This document shows, one piece after another, positions 1 through 10,271 of a stretch of 64,000 bases of DNA. The stretch is from an uncultured bacterium (lineage in GTDB: Bacteria; Actinomycetota; Acidimicrobiia; Spongiisociales; UBA5794): contig CAWDDT010000005.1 of the NCBI GenBank assembly GCA_963801165.1, forward strand, positions 576,001 to 640,000, read 5' to 3'. Numbering within the stretch: position 1 is the first letter of the stretch; each line of letters starts with the position of its first letter. The notes below the pieces were generated by a model. That model saw only the letters and a list, made by a program, of their open reading frames with translations. It did not search any database and was not told where the DNA came from. A program made the position numbers and the translations under genes.

Positions 1-838
1 CCCGGCGCTGGACGTGTGTGAAATGCTGGTAGGCGAACATGCCGCCGCCCGCGATCAGCAGAAGGCCGGTGACCAGGTAGGTCGCCCTGCCGGTCGCCAC
101 GTAGACCATGCTGATGAACAGCACGAACAGGAGCAGGGACGCACCGAGATCTCGCTGATAGACCAGGACCGCAAAGCTGGCACCGGCTGCGATGAGGATA
201 GGGCCGAGCTGGCGCGGCTCGGGGAGCCGGATCGGGCCGAGCTTGCGGCCGGTGGTGGACATTGCCAGGTGGCGATCGGCGAGATAGGAGGCGAGGAAGA
301 TGACGAGCAGGACCTTGGCAACCTCACCGGGTTGAAAGCTGAGCGAGCGGGACCCGACGGGTATGTCGAGACGGACCCAGAGCCGGGAGCCGTTGATCTC
401 CGCTCCGTGCAGCGGCCACGACTCGGGTAGCAGCGGCAGCAGCAGCAGGATCACCGCACCGGCGAGGAACAGGTAGCGGTAACGTCGGAGCATGCTCACG
501 CCTTCGTCGCGCAGAAGGACGAGAACCGCGACCGTCACCGCGGCGGCGAGCAGCAGCGACCAGCGTTGAATCGATGCGAGGTCCGTGTCGAGTCGGTAGA
601 TCTCGGTGAAGCCGATGGCGGTGAGAAAGGCGGCGATCGGGAATAGATACGGGTTGCCTTCGGGTGCCCACCGCCGCAGCGCCATGTGGATCGACCCGAA
701 GCTGAAGGCAAAGACGAGGAACGTCAACGCCACCTGCGCATCGAAGCCGCGGCCACCGGCAAAGTTGACCAGGGCAACGCCCATCGAGGCAACTACGGAA
801 GCGGCGGCCAGCAAGGCCGCCTCGGCGTTCCTGGTCAC
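1..838 (-). CDS. rodA: FtsW/RodA/SpoVE (SEDS) family protein, runs off the left window edge
   Basis: GTG overlaps the pstP stop (GTGA). Hand translation gives MTRNAEAALL...FQPGEVAK...RDLGASLL, with SEDS motifs, in the conserved fha-pstP-rodA context. Confidence 0.85.
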   Translation of the reverse strand, partial: MTRNAEAALLAAASVVASMGVALVNFAGGRGFDAQVALTFLVFAFSFGSIHMALRRWAPEGNPYLFPIAAFLTAIGFTEIYRLDTDLASIQRWSLLLAAAVTVAVLVLLRDEGVSMLRRYRYLFLAGAVILLLLPLLPESWPLHGAEINGSRLWVRLDIPVGSRSLSFQPGEVAKVLLVIFLASYLADRHLAMSTTGRKLGPIRLPEPRQLGPILIAAGASFAVLVYQRDLGASLLLFVLFISMVYVATGRATYLVTGLLLIAGGGMFAYQHFTHVQRR

Positions 839-1554
839 GAGGAGACGTCGACGACTGCGACGGTCGTGTTGTCGACGCCGCCGGCCGCGTTGGCGGCTTC
901 GACCAGCGACCACGCTGCCTCGGAAGGGGATGAGGCGCGTCGCGAGATGGCTTCGATGGTTGCATCGGACAGCATGGAATTGAGACCATCCGAGCAGATG
1001 ATCACCCGATCGTCCGGTTGCAGCTCGAGGTCGATCTCATCGACATCGACCGCGGAGGTGCCAATGACCCTGGTCACCAGGTTGCGGCGGGGATGGGTCT
1101 TGGCTTGCTCGGCGGTGATCTTGCCCATGGCAACGAGATCGGCAACGAGCGTGTGGTCTCTGGTGATTTGCCGAAGCTCGCCGGACCGCAGCAGATAGAG
1201 ACGGCTGTCCCCGATATGGGCAATGCCTGCGGTGCCATCGGGCAGGAAATGGCCCAGGGTGAGCGTCGTTCCCATACCGGAGAGGTTGTAGTCGCCCTCG
1301 ACAGCTCTCATGACCGCGTCGTTGCCCAGCCGTACCCTATCGCCCGGGGTGATGTCCGAGTCGGTCCCGGGCGCGACCGCGGCGTCGATGGCGATGCGTG
1401 AGGCGACTTCGCCGGCTACCGCACCGCCCATCCCGTCTGCGACCGCGACGATGACCGGCTCGTCGGTAGAGCCATCGGTGGTCGGGCGTACCGAGTCTTC
1501 ATTGCCGGTGCGAACAAGCCCGATGTGTGTTGCACTAGCCCAGGTGTATCTCAT
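835..1554 (-). CDS. pstP: PP2C-family Ser/Thr phosphatase
   Basis: Motifs RTGNED, VADGMGG, AHIGDSR, CSDGL and GGVDN. Start set at the ATG of MRYTW. Confidence 0.9.
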   Translation of the reverse strand: MRYTWASATHIGLVRTGNEDSVRPTTDGSTDEPVIVAVADGMGGAVAGEVASRIAIDAAVAPGTDSDITPGDRVRLGNDAVMRAVEGDYNLSGMGTTLTLGHFLPDGTAGIAHIGDSRLYLLRSGELRQITRDHTLVADLVAMGKITAEQAKTHPRRNLVTRVIGTSAVDVDEIDLELQPDDRVIICSDGLNSMLSDATIEAISRRASSPSEAAWSLVEAANAAGGVDNTTVAVVDVSS

Positions 1555-1723
1555 CACTCCACCCTGTTGCCGCCGGGTTGCCGGGGTCAACATATCGCCA
1601 AATCGAGATTGTGCCGGTACCCGGGAGCATACGCAACGACGCTGACGTGGTGCCCGGACTCAAGGACGGACGACACAGGCCGACAGTATGACATATAGGG
1701 TCGTATAGGAAGGTGTTGTTCCG

Positions 1724-3046
1724 ATGACCTTTGTGCCGCATTCCTGGAGGCAAGCAAGGGGGGGTTCCAACCCCGGCGATGCGGCGCGCCCTGGCAACCA
1801 GATTCATCCCGACGAGCTCTCGATGCTGCTCCGGATAACCGACGCGTGCTCGTCGGGGTCCAGTGTCGATAAAATCCTCGATTCGCTATATGACGAGATA
1901 CAAGCCCTGATCCCCTTCGACCGGCTCGAATACGCCGTCATCGACGACACCGGGCATACGCTGACCACGAAATGGTTCCGTGCGACGTACGACTCGGTGC
2001 TCCTGCCAATCGGAACCTCGTTTCGTCGGAGTCAGAGCGTCGCCACGGAGCCGAAATACCGGGTCACGACCATCGACAACGACATGCCTACCTATGCGCT
2101 GGATCGGCCGGCCAACCATCCGGTTTCTCTCCTTGTCCGCGAGGGCATCAAGTCGTCGCTGAGCTGCCCCCTCATCGTCGATGACGAGATGAAGGGCTTC
2201 CTCTTCTTCAACTGGCGCCGGCACGACGGGTACACGAAGCACCATGCCGATCTGATCCAACTGATCGCCGGGCACCTTGCCTCGGTGATCGAGCAGAGCC
2301 GGCTCAACGAGCAGCTCCAGGAGCGCAACGATCGTCTTCAGGAGTTGGAGCAATCGCGGCTCGAGTTCATCGCTTCGATCAGCCACGAGTTACGTACCCC
2401 GCTCACCGCCGTCGTTGGGTTTGCGTCGGAGATGCAGGATCGGGTGGGGGACTTCTCACCCGAGGAGCTGCGCCAGTTCGCCGGCGTCATTGCGGCACAG
2501 AGCAATGAGGTGGCGGGCATCGTGGAGGATTTGCTCGTTATCACCCGAGCCGAGGCGGGGCATCTCGCCGTGAACCCCGGGCCTGTGAACGTCGGGCTGG
2601 AGCTGAATGCCATACGTGCGTCCCTTCCAGACGACCGACCACAGCAGCGTCTGACCCTGGGTCTCAGCGAGGTAGTGGCCTGGGCCGATCCGCTCCGGGT
2701 GCGCCAGATCCTACGCAACCTGCTCTCGAACGCACAGCGTTACGGCGGCGACGACGTCAGGGTCTCGGTGACGGGATCGGATGAGCACGTTGCTGTTGTC
2801 GTTGCCGACGACGGGCCCGGCATTCCGGAGAGTGACCGTGAGGTTGTCTTCCAGGCGTACGGGCGGTCACACAGGTCTGAGAGCAAACCGGGGTCGATCG
2901 GGCTCGGTCTGACGGTATCCCGTTATCTTGCGGAGGCCATGGAAGGGAGTCTCGAGTACGAGCGGGCAGACGGCCTGACCCGGTTCCGCTTGACGCTACC
3001 TCGATACAATCCCGGTTCGAGCAGGTTCGAGCGGCGCTCTATCTGA
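1724..3046 (+). CDS. GAF-domain sensor histidine kinase (orphan)
   Basis: GAF-like N-terminus, H-box SHELRTPL, N-box NLLSNA, DDGPGI and GLGL boxes. Confidence 0.9.
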   Translation: MTFVPHSWRQARGGSNPGDAARPGNQIHPDELSMLLRITDACSSGSSVDKILDSLYDEIQALIPFDRLEYAVIDDTGHTLTTKWFRATYDSVLLPIGTSFRRSQSVATEPKYRVTTIDNDMPTYALDRPANHPVSLLVREGIKSSLSCPLIVDDEMKGFLFFNWRRHDGYTKHHADLIQLIAGHLASVIEQSRLNEQLQERNDRLQELEQSRLEFIASISHELRTPLTAVVGFASEMQDRVGDFSPEELRQFAGVIAAQSNEVAGIVEDLLVITRAEAGHLAVNPGPVNVGLELNAIRASLPDDRPQQRLTLGLSEVVAWADPLRVRQILRNLLSNAQRYGGDDVRVSVTGSDEHVAVVVADDGPGIPESDREVVFQAYGRSHRSESKPGSIGLGLTVSRYLAEAMEGSLEYERADGLTRFRLTLPRYNPGSSRFERRSI

Positions 3047-3452
3047 CCTCGAGGATCGTCTTGCCGATCTGCACCGCATCGCCCTTCTGAAGCGACGTCG
3101 GCACCGTCACCCTACGCCCGTTTACATACGTGCCGTTGGTTGAGCCGAGGTCGCTCAGCACCACCCCATCGTCCTGAACACCGATCCGGACGTGGAACTC
3201 GGAGGCATAGGCATCGTCGATGTAGATGTCCGCGTCCTCGCTGCGCCCGAGCACTGCAGGGGCGCCGATCGGGAAGCGCTGGCCGGCGATGGTGTCGGAG
3301 CGAACGACCACCAGCTCGCCTCCCTTCTTGGAGCGGCGCACCGATTGCGAAGGCCCGATGTGCGCACCGATCGACCGGCCTATCTGCCACAGGAACAGGT
3401 AGATCAGTGCGATGAAGATCAGCTTCAGCAGGTTGAGGAACAGAGCGGGCAA
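3039..3452 (-). CDS. fhaB: FHA domain protein with N-terminal TM (FhaB-like)
   Basis: LGRS...S..H...DLGSTNGT FHA motifs after a hydrophobic N-terminus. Confidence 0.85.
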   Translation of the reverse strand: MPALFLNLLKLIFIALIYLFLWQIGRSIGAHIGPSQSVRRSKKGGELVVVRSDTIAGQRFPIGAPAVLGRSEDADIYIDDAYASEFHVRIGVQDDGVVLSDLGSTNGTYVNGRRVTVPTSLQKGDAVQIGKTILEVR

Positions 3453-3460
3453 AATGCTTC

Positions 3461-4123
3461 CTACTCGACTCGTAGCGCGAATGTTGTCGGACCGAACGAC
3501 AGCATATCTCCCGAGCCCACCTCGATGGGTTCCGCCGCGACGTGGGCACCGTTCACCGTAGTCCCGTTGGCGGATCCCAGGTCGGCGAGCCAGAGCCTTC
3601 CTCCCTCACGGAATAGCACGGCTTGCAGGCGGGAGACTTCAGGTGAGTCGATAGCGACATCTGCGTCGTGGGATCGACCGATGGAAACACGGTTGTCGCG
3701 GAGCGGGTAGCGACGATCTCCGCGATGTTCGGCCAGCTCACCCCAGGCAGGGAGCTGTGCGGGGATGGATGCGGCGCTGCATTTTATGGAGCCGCGCCCG
3801 ACGCTGGCGTCGGGATTGAGCCTGACGGAGATCGGTCCTTTGGTACGCCAGCCGCGATCCTCCGCCGTCACCTCGAGCGTGTGGCTCAGCTCTCTCGTCA
3901 ACTCGGCGGTGTTGATGTCCGCCACGATGTCTGCTGCGCTCACCGATACGTCGAAATGGTTTGGGATGCTGGGGCCGGTGGCGTCGTCGGTGACCAGGAG
4001 GTCTGCCTGGCGTACCAGTCGATTGGCGAGATCGACGGGCTGCATCTTGCCGCGAAAGATCGCCGCCGAGAGGCCGTCGGCAAGCCGCTCCAGCCGTCTC
4101 TCCAGGTTGCGTGCGATACCCAC
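3461..4123 (-). CDS. fhaA: DUF3662 + FHA domain protein (FhaA-like)
   Basis: N-terminal LERRLE...FRG..QPVDL and C-terminal IGRS...SR...DLGSANGT. Confidence 0.85.
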   Translation of the reverse strand: MGIARNLERRLERLADGLSAAIFRGKMQPVDLANRLVRQADLLVTDDATGPSIPNHFDVSVSAADIVADINTAELTRELSHTLEVTAEDRGWRTKGPISVRLNPDASVGRGSIKCSAASIPAQLPAWGELAEHRGDRRYPLRDNRVSIGRSHDADVAIDSPEVSRLQAVLFREGGRLWLADLGSANGTTVNGAHVAAEPIEVGSGDMLSFGPTTFALRVE

Positions 4124-4157
4124 GATCAGGATTGTACGGACGGGCGTGGCTTATGGG

Positions 4158-5810
4158 TCAGGCTTGATCGGCGTCGACGTCGAGCGGGATCGACCCGTCA
4201 CGGCGGTGATAATCCTCGTGGGCCTCGACGAGGATGGTCCAGTTCTCGGGGCTCTCGACGTCGACGGCCACCATGTGCGTCGTCCTCGGCCGCCCCGTGA
4301 CGTCGAGGTGACGGGCATTGCGCAGGACGGCCGCGCTGGTGTCGTCGATGCGCCGATGCTGTGCCAGATGCTCTTCCCACGAGACGGTCAGGAACAGCTC
4401 GTAGAGACGGTGCGGGTTGGAGGCGTCGCGATATAGCCGCCACCTGTAGGCACCGGTGCGAAGTCGCACCAGCCGGATTTGCTGCATCACGGCGATGAAC
4501 TCATCGAGACGTCTGTGATCGATGTCCCACGTGGTTGTGATCAGCACCGGTCCGCCGATGGTGGTGACGTGGTCGGGCAGATCGCGGCGCTCCTCGAAGA
4601 TGGGTGAATCCACATCGTCGATCGCCGGTATCCGGAGAGCCGGCGCGACTACGAAACCCACCAGCGCACAGATCGCTCCGAGCAGCATGTAGGCGCCGTC
4701 GGCCCCGAGGTGATCAGCGATCCACCCGGCGAGGATCGACCCGAGCGGCAGCACCCCGACAAACGACAGGCTGTACAGGCTCATTGCCCGTCCCCGCACC
4801 CATTCGGGCGACATGAGCTGGGCGGTGGCGTTGAGGTTGGCGAGCACCCACACCCACGTGACGCCGGCGCACAGCAGCGTGAAAATCGCAACGATGTAGT
4901 TGCCGGCGAGACCGGTGCCGACCGAGGCCAATCCAAAGAGCCCTATCGAGATCGGGATGGTCCGTGCCCCGAAACGGTCCGACACGACGTGCCTGCTGAA
5001 ACCGCCGACGAGCGCGCCTAGCCCCATAGAACCCAGCAGGATCCCGTACCCCCCGGCACCACCGCCAAGCTCCTCGGTCCGGTTGGGGAGCATCGACTGG
5101 ACCACCGCGGAGGTCATCGCATACATCGCGGCCAGAGCAAGCAATCTCCTGAACGCGGGCGTGAAGCGAGCGAACCGCACCCCGAGCGCGATGGCGTTGA
5201 CCATGGAGCTTTCTTCGCGGTCGGGTGTCGGCATCACCCGGGCCAGTGAGATCAGAACGACGATGACCCCTAGGAACGAGAGCGAATTGAGGGCGAAGGC
5301 GAGTTCGGGCCCGGAGATCACGAGAATGGCGCCACCGATGGCAGGTCCGACGGCGCGGGCGACGTTGAACGCAACCGAGTTGAGGGCGACCGCGCTCGCC
5401 ACCATCCCGCGTGGCACGAGGTCGGGAATCGTCGCCTGCCACGCCGGCAGGTTGAATGCGAGCCCGACACCCATCAGCAAACCCAGAGTCAGCAGCATGA
5501 CGGGGGTGATGCGGCCCATGTGGGTGAGGATCGCCATTGCTGCAGCGGATGCCCCCATCGTCGTCTGGGCGACCACCAGTACCCAGCGGCGGTCGAACAT
5601 GTCGGCGAACGCCCCCGCGGCCAGCGACAGAAACAGAAGCGGAAGCGTCGATGAGGCTGCCATCAGCCCCACCCAGGTCGCAGAACCGGTCAGTTCGAGC
5701 ATCAGCCAGGATGCCGCCACCGTCTGGAGAAACGATCCGACGTTGGAGAAGATCGAGGCAACCCACAGTGTTCGGAAGCGGCGGATCTTGAGCGGAGCGA
5801 CGGTGGTCAT
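4158..5810 (-). CDS. MFS transporter with C-terminal soluble extension
   Basis: About 12 hydrophobic segments, G..AD.FDRR motif, C-terminal RLRTGAYRW...SWEEHLAQH. Start set at MTTVAP. Confidence 0.85.
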   Translation of the reverse strand: MTTVAPLKIRRFRTLWVASIFSNVGSFLQTVAASWLMLELTGSATWVGLMAASSTLPLLFLSLAAGAFADMFDRRWVLVVAQTTMGASAAAMAILTHMGRITPVMLLTLGLLMGVGLAFNLPAWQATIPDLVPRGMVASAVALNSVAFNVARAVGPAIGGAILVISGPELAFALNSLSFLGVIVVLISLARVMPTPDREESSMVNAIALGVRFARFTPAFRRLLALAAMYAMTSAVVQSMLPNRTEELGGGAGGYGILLGSMGLGALVGGFSRHVVSDRFGARTIPISIGLFGLASVGTGLAGNYIVAIFTLLCAGVTWVWVLANLNATAQLMSPEWVRGRAMSLYSLSFVGVLPLGSILAGWIADHLGADGAYMLLGAICALVGFVVAPALRIPAIDDVDSPIFEERRDLPDHVTTIGGPVLITTTWDIDHRRLDEFIAVMQQIRLVRLRTGAYRWRLYRDASNPHRLYELFLTVSWEEHLAQHRRIDDTSAAVLRNARHLDVTGRPRTTHMVAVDVESPENWTILVEAHEDYHRRDGSIPLDVDADQA

Positions 5811-5867
5811 CTGACCGATGAGTGTAAGCCCCGCATCCGCCCGGGTAGCAACGCCGACCGCGGTTCG

Positions 5868-5923
5868 TCCTTCCCCCCTCGTTCGGGCTGACGCACTGCC
5901 GGTCCCCCGGGGGTGGGGGATCA
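5868..5923 (-). repeat. REP-like palindromic repeat, same family as the 49.4-49.8 kb copies
   Basis: Reverse complement TGATCCCCCA..CC.GGGGGA...CGAGGGGGGAAGGA matches 49563-49620. Confidence 0.6.
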
Positions 5924-6121
5924 TTGTTGTTTTCCGGCGGTGGCCTGGTGGTGCCCCTCCCTTTGCGGGAGGGTCGAGGGAGCCATGACGCCGAGTTCGG
6001 CGAAGCTGAACTCGAACCTCAGCGAAGCTGAGGCAGCGACTGAGAGGAGTGGGCAACAGCGGCAAATGGGTGCTCCCCCGGGCGGGCGTCGTTGTATAGA
6101 GTCTGTTGCGTGCCTCCTCGT

Positions 6122-8488
6122 GTGATCACCCCACCGCCCGCCTACCTGTATCCACCGGATCCGTGGAGGATCGTCGAGACCCGCTTCTCCTCCGGCCACT
6201 TTGGCAGGGCTGAGACGTTCTTCGCCCTCAGCAATGGCTACCTCGGTGTGCGCGGGACGTTCGAGGAAGGTCGACCCGGGCTTTCGCCGGGGACATTCAT
6301 CAACGGCTTCCACGAGACCTGGCCGATCGTCCACGCTGAGGATGCATACGGCCTGGCGCGTACCGGTCAAACGATCGTGAACGTCCCCGACTTCACCCCG
6401 TTGAAGCTCTATGTGGACGACGAGCCGCTGTACCTGCCGGTCGCCCGGATGACGGACTATCGCAGGGTGCTCGACATGCAGGCAGGCACGTTGACCCGCG
6501 AGTTGGTGTGGTCGACACCATCGGGCAAGCATGTCCGGGTGCGCTCCTGCCGGGTCGTATCGCTGGAGTCGCGCCACGTTGCCGCGATCAGATACGAGGT
6601 GACGGTCCTCGGACACGCGGCACCGATTGTGATCTCGTCCGAGGTCGTCAACCGCCAGGATACCCAATCCGCTGAGGTGTCGCCTGAGGCCATGGACCCG
6701 CGGCTGGCGAAGACCTTCAGCGAGCGGGTGTGCAACGCGGTCGTTGTCGATCAAGTCGACAACCGGCTGCTGCTCGGATATCGCACAACCAACAGCAAGA
6801 TGACGCTCGGCCTTGCCATTGACCACATCATCGAGACCGAGAACGCCCACCGAAGCGAGATCGCAGTCGGACCGGACGAAGGCAAGCTCGTGCTCACCGT
6901 TGACGCTCAACCGGGCGTCCCCGTTCAGGTCACCAAATTCGCCGCGTTCCACACGTCGCGGTCCGTTGCCCCGGCCGAGCTCGTCGACCGTGCGGTGCGG
7001 AGCCTGGATCGCGCCGTCCGGGAAGGTTTCGATCATCTGCTGGACGAACAGCGCACCGAGCTCGATCGGTTCTGGGAGCACGCCGATGTGCGGGTGGATA
7101 CCGGCGGTGGCGACAGCGTTGCGCTCCAGCAGGCCGTGCGCTGGAACCTGTTCCAGCTCGCCCAGGCGACCTGGCGGGCGGAGGGGTCCGGGATCCCGGC
7201 CAAGGGCTTGACCGGCCAGGCGTACGAGGGACATTACTTCTGGGACACGGAGGTGTACGTGCTCCCGTTCCTGGCGTACACCCAGCCCCGGATTGCCCGC
7301 AACCTCCTGCGGTTTCGCTACTCGATGCTCGACCAGGCCCGCGAGCGGGCAAGCAAGGTCTCTCAGCGCGGTGCGTTGTTCCCATGGCGGACCATCAACG
7401 GTGAAGAAGCATCCGCCTACTACCAGGCCGGCACCGCCCAGTACCACATCAACGCAGATATTGCGTATGCGATCCGCAAGTACGTCGATGTGCGCGGGGA
7501 CTTTGCATTCCTCGAGGAGGTCGGTCAGATCCTCGTGGAGACGGCGCGGATGTGGGAGGACCTCGGCTTCTACGGCGATGACGGGCGGTTCCACCTCCAC
7601 GGCGTGACCGGGCCCGACGAGTACACGACGGTCGTGAACGACAACGCCTACACCAACCTGATGGCCCGTCTCAACCTCAACTACGCCGCGTCGGCCGTTC
7701 GCCGGATGGAGAAGGAGCGGCCCGACTCATACGCCGCGCTCGCCGCCGAGGTGGGGCTGCGGCCCGGTGAGGTCGAGGCGTGGGAGGCTGCCGCAGTTGC
7801 GATGTACGTGCCGTTCGATGAGACGCGCGGTATCAACCCTCAGGACGACACGTTTCTCGACCGGGAGGTGTGGGATCTGGAGGCAACTCCTCCCGATCGG
7901 TTCCCGTTGCTGCTCCACTATCACCCGCTGGTCATCTACCGCTTCCAGGTGCTCAAGCAGGCCGACATCGTGTTGGCGATGTTCCTACTCGGCAACGAGT
8001 TCGGCGTCGAGCAGAAGCGACGCAACTTCGACTACTACGATCCGCTGACCACCGGCGACTCGTCGTTGTCGGCGTCTGTGCAGAGCATCGTCGCTGCCGA
8101 GATCGGCAACGACTCCAAGGCGCTCGAGTACTTCGATTACGCGCTCATGATGGACCTCGGTGACGTCGCCGGGAACGTCTCTGACGGTGTGCACATCGCT
8201 TCGACCGGCGGCGTCTGGATGGCACTCGTTTTTGGCTTCGGTGGGGTGAGGGACTTCGACGGAGAGCTGTCCATCGACCCCCACCTCCCCGCAGTATGGG
8301 AGCGGATCGAGTTCAACATCCGCGTTCAGGATCGGCAGATCCGGGTGACGCTCAGCCACACCGAGGAGCGATACGTCGTGGAGGAGGGAGAGCCGCTCGA
8401 GGTGCAGATTCGCGGCGAGCGGCGTGTGCTTACGCCCGGGGAGCCACTGGTGCTTTCGGCGCCGGCGGCCGGTGGTCCGATGAGCTGA
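6122..8488 (+). CDS. Glycoside hydrolase family 65 (trehalose/maltose/kojibiose phosphorylase-like)
   Basis: ETFFALSNGYLGVRG, KGLTG..YEGHYFWDTE, GPDEY, KQAD and DSSLS motifs. Confidence 0.92.
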   Translation: MITPPPAYLYPPDPWRIVETRFSSGHFGRAETFFALSNGYLGVRGTFEEGRPGLSPGTFINGFHETWPIVHAEDAYGLARTGQTIVNVPDFTPLKLYVDDEPLYLPVARMTDYRRVLDMQAGTLTRELVWSTPSGKHVRVRSCRVVSLESRHVAAIRYEVTVLGHAAPIVISSEVVNRQDTQSAEVSPEAMDPRLAKTFSERVCNAVVVDQVDNRLLLGYRTTNSKMTLGLAIDHIIETENAHRSEIAVGPDEGKLVLTVDAQPGVPVQVTKFAAFHTSRSVAPAELVDRAVRSLDRAVREGFDHLLDEQRTELDRFWEHADVRVDTGGGDSVALQQAVRWNLFQLAQATWRAEGSGIPAKGLTGQAYEGHYFWDTEVYVLPFLAYTQPRIARNLLRFRYSMLDQARERASKVSQRGALFPWRTINGEEASAYYQAGTAQYHINADIAYAIRKYVDVRGDFAFLEEVGQILVETARMWEDLGFYGDDGRFHLHGVTGPDEYTTVVNDNAYTNLMARLNLNYAASAVRRMEKERPDSYAALAAEVGLRPGEVEAWEAAAVAMYVPFDETRGINPQDDTFLDREVWDLEATPPDRFPLLLHYHPLVIYRFQVLKQADIVLAMFLLGNEFGVEQKRRNFDYYDPLTTGDSSLSASVQSIVAAEIGNDSKALEYFDYALMMDLGDVAGNVSDGVHIASTGGVWMALVFGFGGVRDFDGELSIDPHLPAVWERIEFNIRVQDRQIRVTLSHTEERYVVEEGEPLEVQIRGERRVLTPGEPLVLSAPAAGGPMS

Positions 8489-8569
8489 CGGCGGCGGCAA
8501 TCCCTCTCGTCGTGTGACATGCCCCGCTGACCATCTGCCTCACGGAGGTGATACCATCCTGTCCCCCAC

Positions 8570-8652
8570 GGGCGAGTGGCGGAATGGCAGACGCGGAGGA
8601 TTCAGGTTCCTGTGAGGTAACACTCGTGAGGGTTCAAGTCCCTCCTCGCCCA
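8570..8652 (+). tRNA. tRNA-Leu(CAG)
   Basis: GGGCGAG/CTCGCCC acceptor stem, TTCAGGT anticodon loop, long variable arm, GGTTCAAGTC T-loop. Confidence 0.93.
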
Positions 8653-8809
8653 CACCGGTCGCCGGGTGCGACCCAACGGAGTTTGCTTTGCGAACTCTCG
8701 CACCGGGCCGAGCCTGGTCCAGGAACTGTCCTGCCAGGCTCACCGGTGGGCTTGTCAGCTCCCGCCGATCGGCGACCTCAGATCGCTCCGTCCATCCGGG
8801 TTCCATCAC

Positions 8810-9820
8810 ATGGCATATTCCGACTTCGCACCGCACCACCGCTGGCGGAGGCGGCGCAATGTCGTCCTCCTCATCGTGCTGGTCGTGATCATTGGCGTTG
8901 TGACTCTCGCGGTCAGGTATCGCACCGAGCGGCGCGAGAGCATCGACTACCTGGCGGTCGCTGCCGACATGGGTCGCAGCCATGCGGACATCGCGGACGA
9001 GCTCGGTATGTTGCTTCAGGGCCTGGGTGGTGGGGATCGGCCGGATATGGAGCTTCGGCTCGACACTATGGCAGGGAACGCCCGCCAGCTGGCGGACACG
9101 CTGGCAGAACAGGTCGTGCCCCGGCCGGTCTCCGAAGTCTCGGGTCTCATGGTCGTCGCCGCTTCGTCATGGGCGGACGGCATTGCCGACGTGGGTCAGG
9201 CGATCAATGCAATTCTCGATGGTGATGAGAGTGAAGGTACCGGCGACGCCAAACTCCGCAGTGCGTTCGATCTGATCCGGGTGGGGGACCGCGCCTACGC
9301 CCGTGGTGTGGCGGCGATGGCGAAGCTGGATCCGGAGATCGTTCCCACCGAGTTCCCTGATGTCTCGTATACGGAAGGTGTCTACGCTCCTCTGTACGAC
9401 GCAGCAGCGATCGCCGATCGGCTTCGCCAACAGGGCACGCTTGCCAAGCTGGTCGACGTCAAGCTGGTAGGCCTCACCGATCCGGAGCCGGTCAGCGAGT
9501 CGGACGCCGGGATCTGGACGATTCCAGCCTCGGACTCGCTGTCGTTGCAGGTGAAGGTCAGCAATACCGGCAACGTCACTGCCGAGAACATCACCGTACT
9601 TGTGACCCTCCAGCGCGTCGGCTCCGCCGAGACCATCGAGCCCGTCAGTCAGCTCATCCCGTCCATCGATCCGGGCCAGTCCGAGATCCTCGACTTCGAG
9701 AACCTCGCCGCCGAGCCCGGCGCCGTGTACTCGCTGACGGCAACCGCTACCGTCGCGGACGTCGAGGACCCAACGGACGACAACACATTCAGTCTGGTTT
9801 TCCAAAGGAACACGCAATGA
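8810..9820 (+). CDS. Membrane-anchored protein with C-terminal CARDB-like Ig domain
   Basis: Basic patch plus TM. C-terminal V.VSNTGN...DPG.S...D...DDN pattern. Confidence 0.6.
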   Translation: MAYSDFAPHHRWRRRRNVVLLIVLVVIIGVVTLAVRYRTERRESIDYLAVAADMGRSHADIADELGMLLQGLGGGDRPDMELRLDTMAGNARQLADTLAEQVVPRPVSEVSGLMVVAASSWADGIADVGQAINAILDGDESEGTGDAKLRSAFDLIRVGDRAYARGVAAMAKLDPEIVPTEFPDVSYTEGVYAPLYDAAAIADRLRQQGTLAKLVDVKLVGLTDPEPVSESDAGIWTIPASDSLSLQVKVSNTGNVTAENITVLVTLQRVGSAETIEPVSQLIPSIDPGQSEILDFENLAAEPGAVYSLTATATVADVEDPTDDNTFSLVFQRNTQ

Positions 9821-10260
9821 TCGAGATTGCCATGGCGGTTGCGATTGTCGCTCTGGTCGGCGTCATCGTCATTGCGGCGCAGACGTATGCGCTGCGGCGC
9901 CGTTTCAGCGCCATGCCGGCCGACCAGAACATCTTTGCGATCCTGCGGGGAATCGACAACGAGTTGGGCCGTCTCGACACCGCGAGCGCATCAATGGAGC
10001 CACGGTTGGCGAGGGCGGAGGCGATCCTTCCCCGCGCCATCGTCAACACAGGCATCGTCAACTACGACGCGTTCGGGGACATCGCCGGCAATCTGTCACG
10101 TTCGATGGCGCTGCTGAGTCTCAACGGCGATGGCGTGGTCCTCACGATCATGGTTGGCCGTCTCGACGTGCGTGTCTTCACCAAGGAAGTGCGTGGCTTC
10201 CGGGGGGTTGAGGAGCTCTCCCCCGAGGAGGATGAAGCGGTGGCCCGGGCGCGGGGTTAA
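9817..10260 (+). CDS. DUF4446-like protein
   Basis: N-terminal TM, YDAFGD.AG.LS.S.ALL...GDG and C-terminal LSPEE. Confidence 0.7.
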   Translation: MIEIAMAVAIVALVGVIVIAAQTYALRRRFSAMPADQNIFAILRGIDNELGRLDTASASMEPRLARAEAILPRAIVNTGIVNYDAFGDIAGNLSRSMALLSLNGDGVVLTIMVGRLDVRVFTKEVRGFRGVEELSPEEDEAVARARG

Positions 10261-10271
10261 CCTGCCGGGGC

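Noticed and set aside
5921-7600. Long antisense ORFs (also 12579-14246, 16172-17476, 17793-18989, 42981-44603)
   Set aside because: They are shadow frames of well-supported genes in high-GC DNA and have no motifs.
8570-8652. G-G mismatch at the top of the tRNA-Leu anticodon stem as a sign of a pseudogene
   Set aside because: A single terminal-pair mismatch is tolerated and all other elements are intact.
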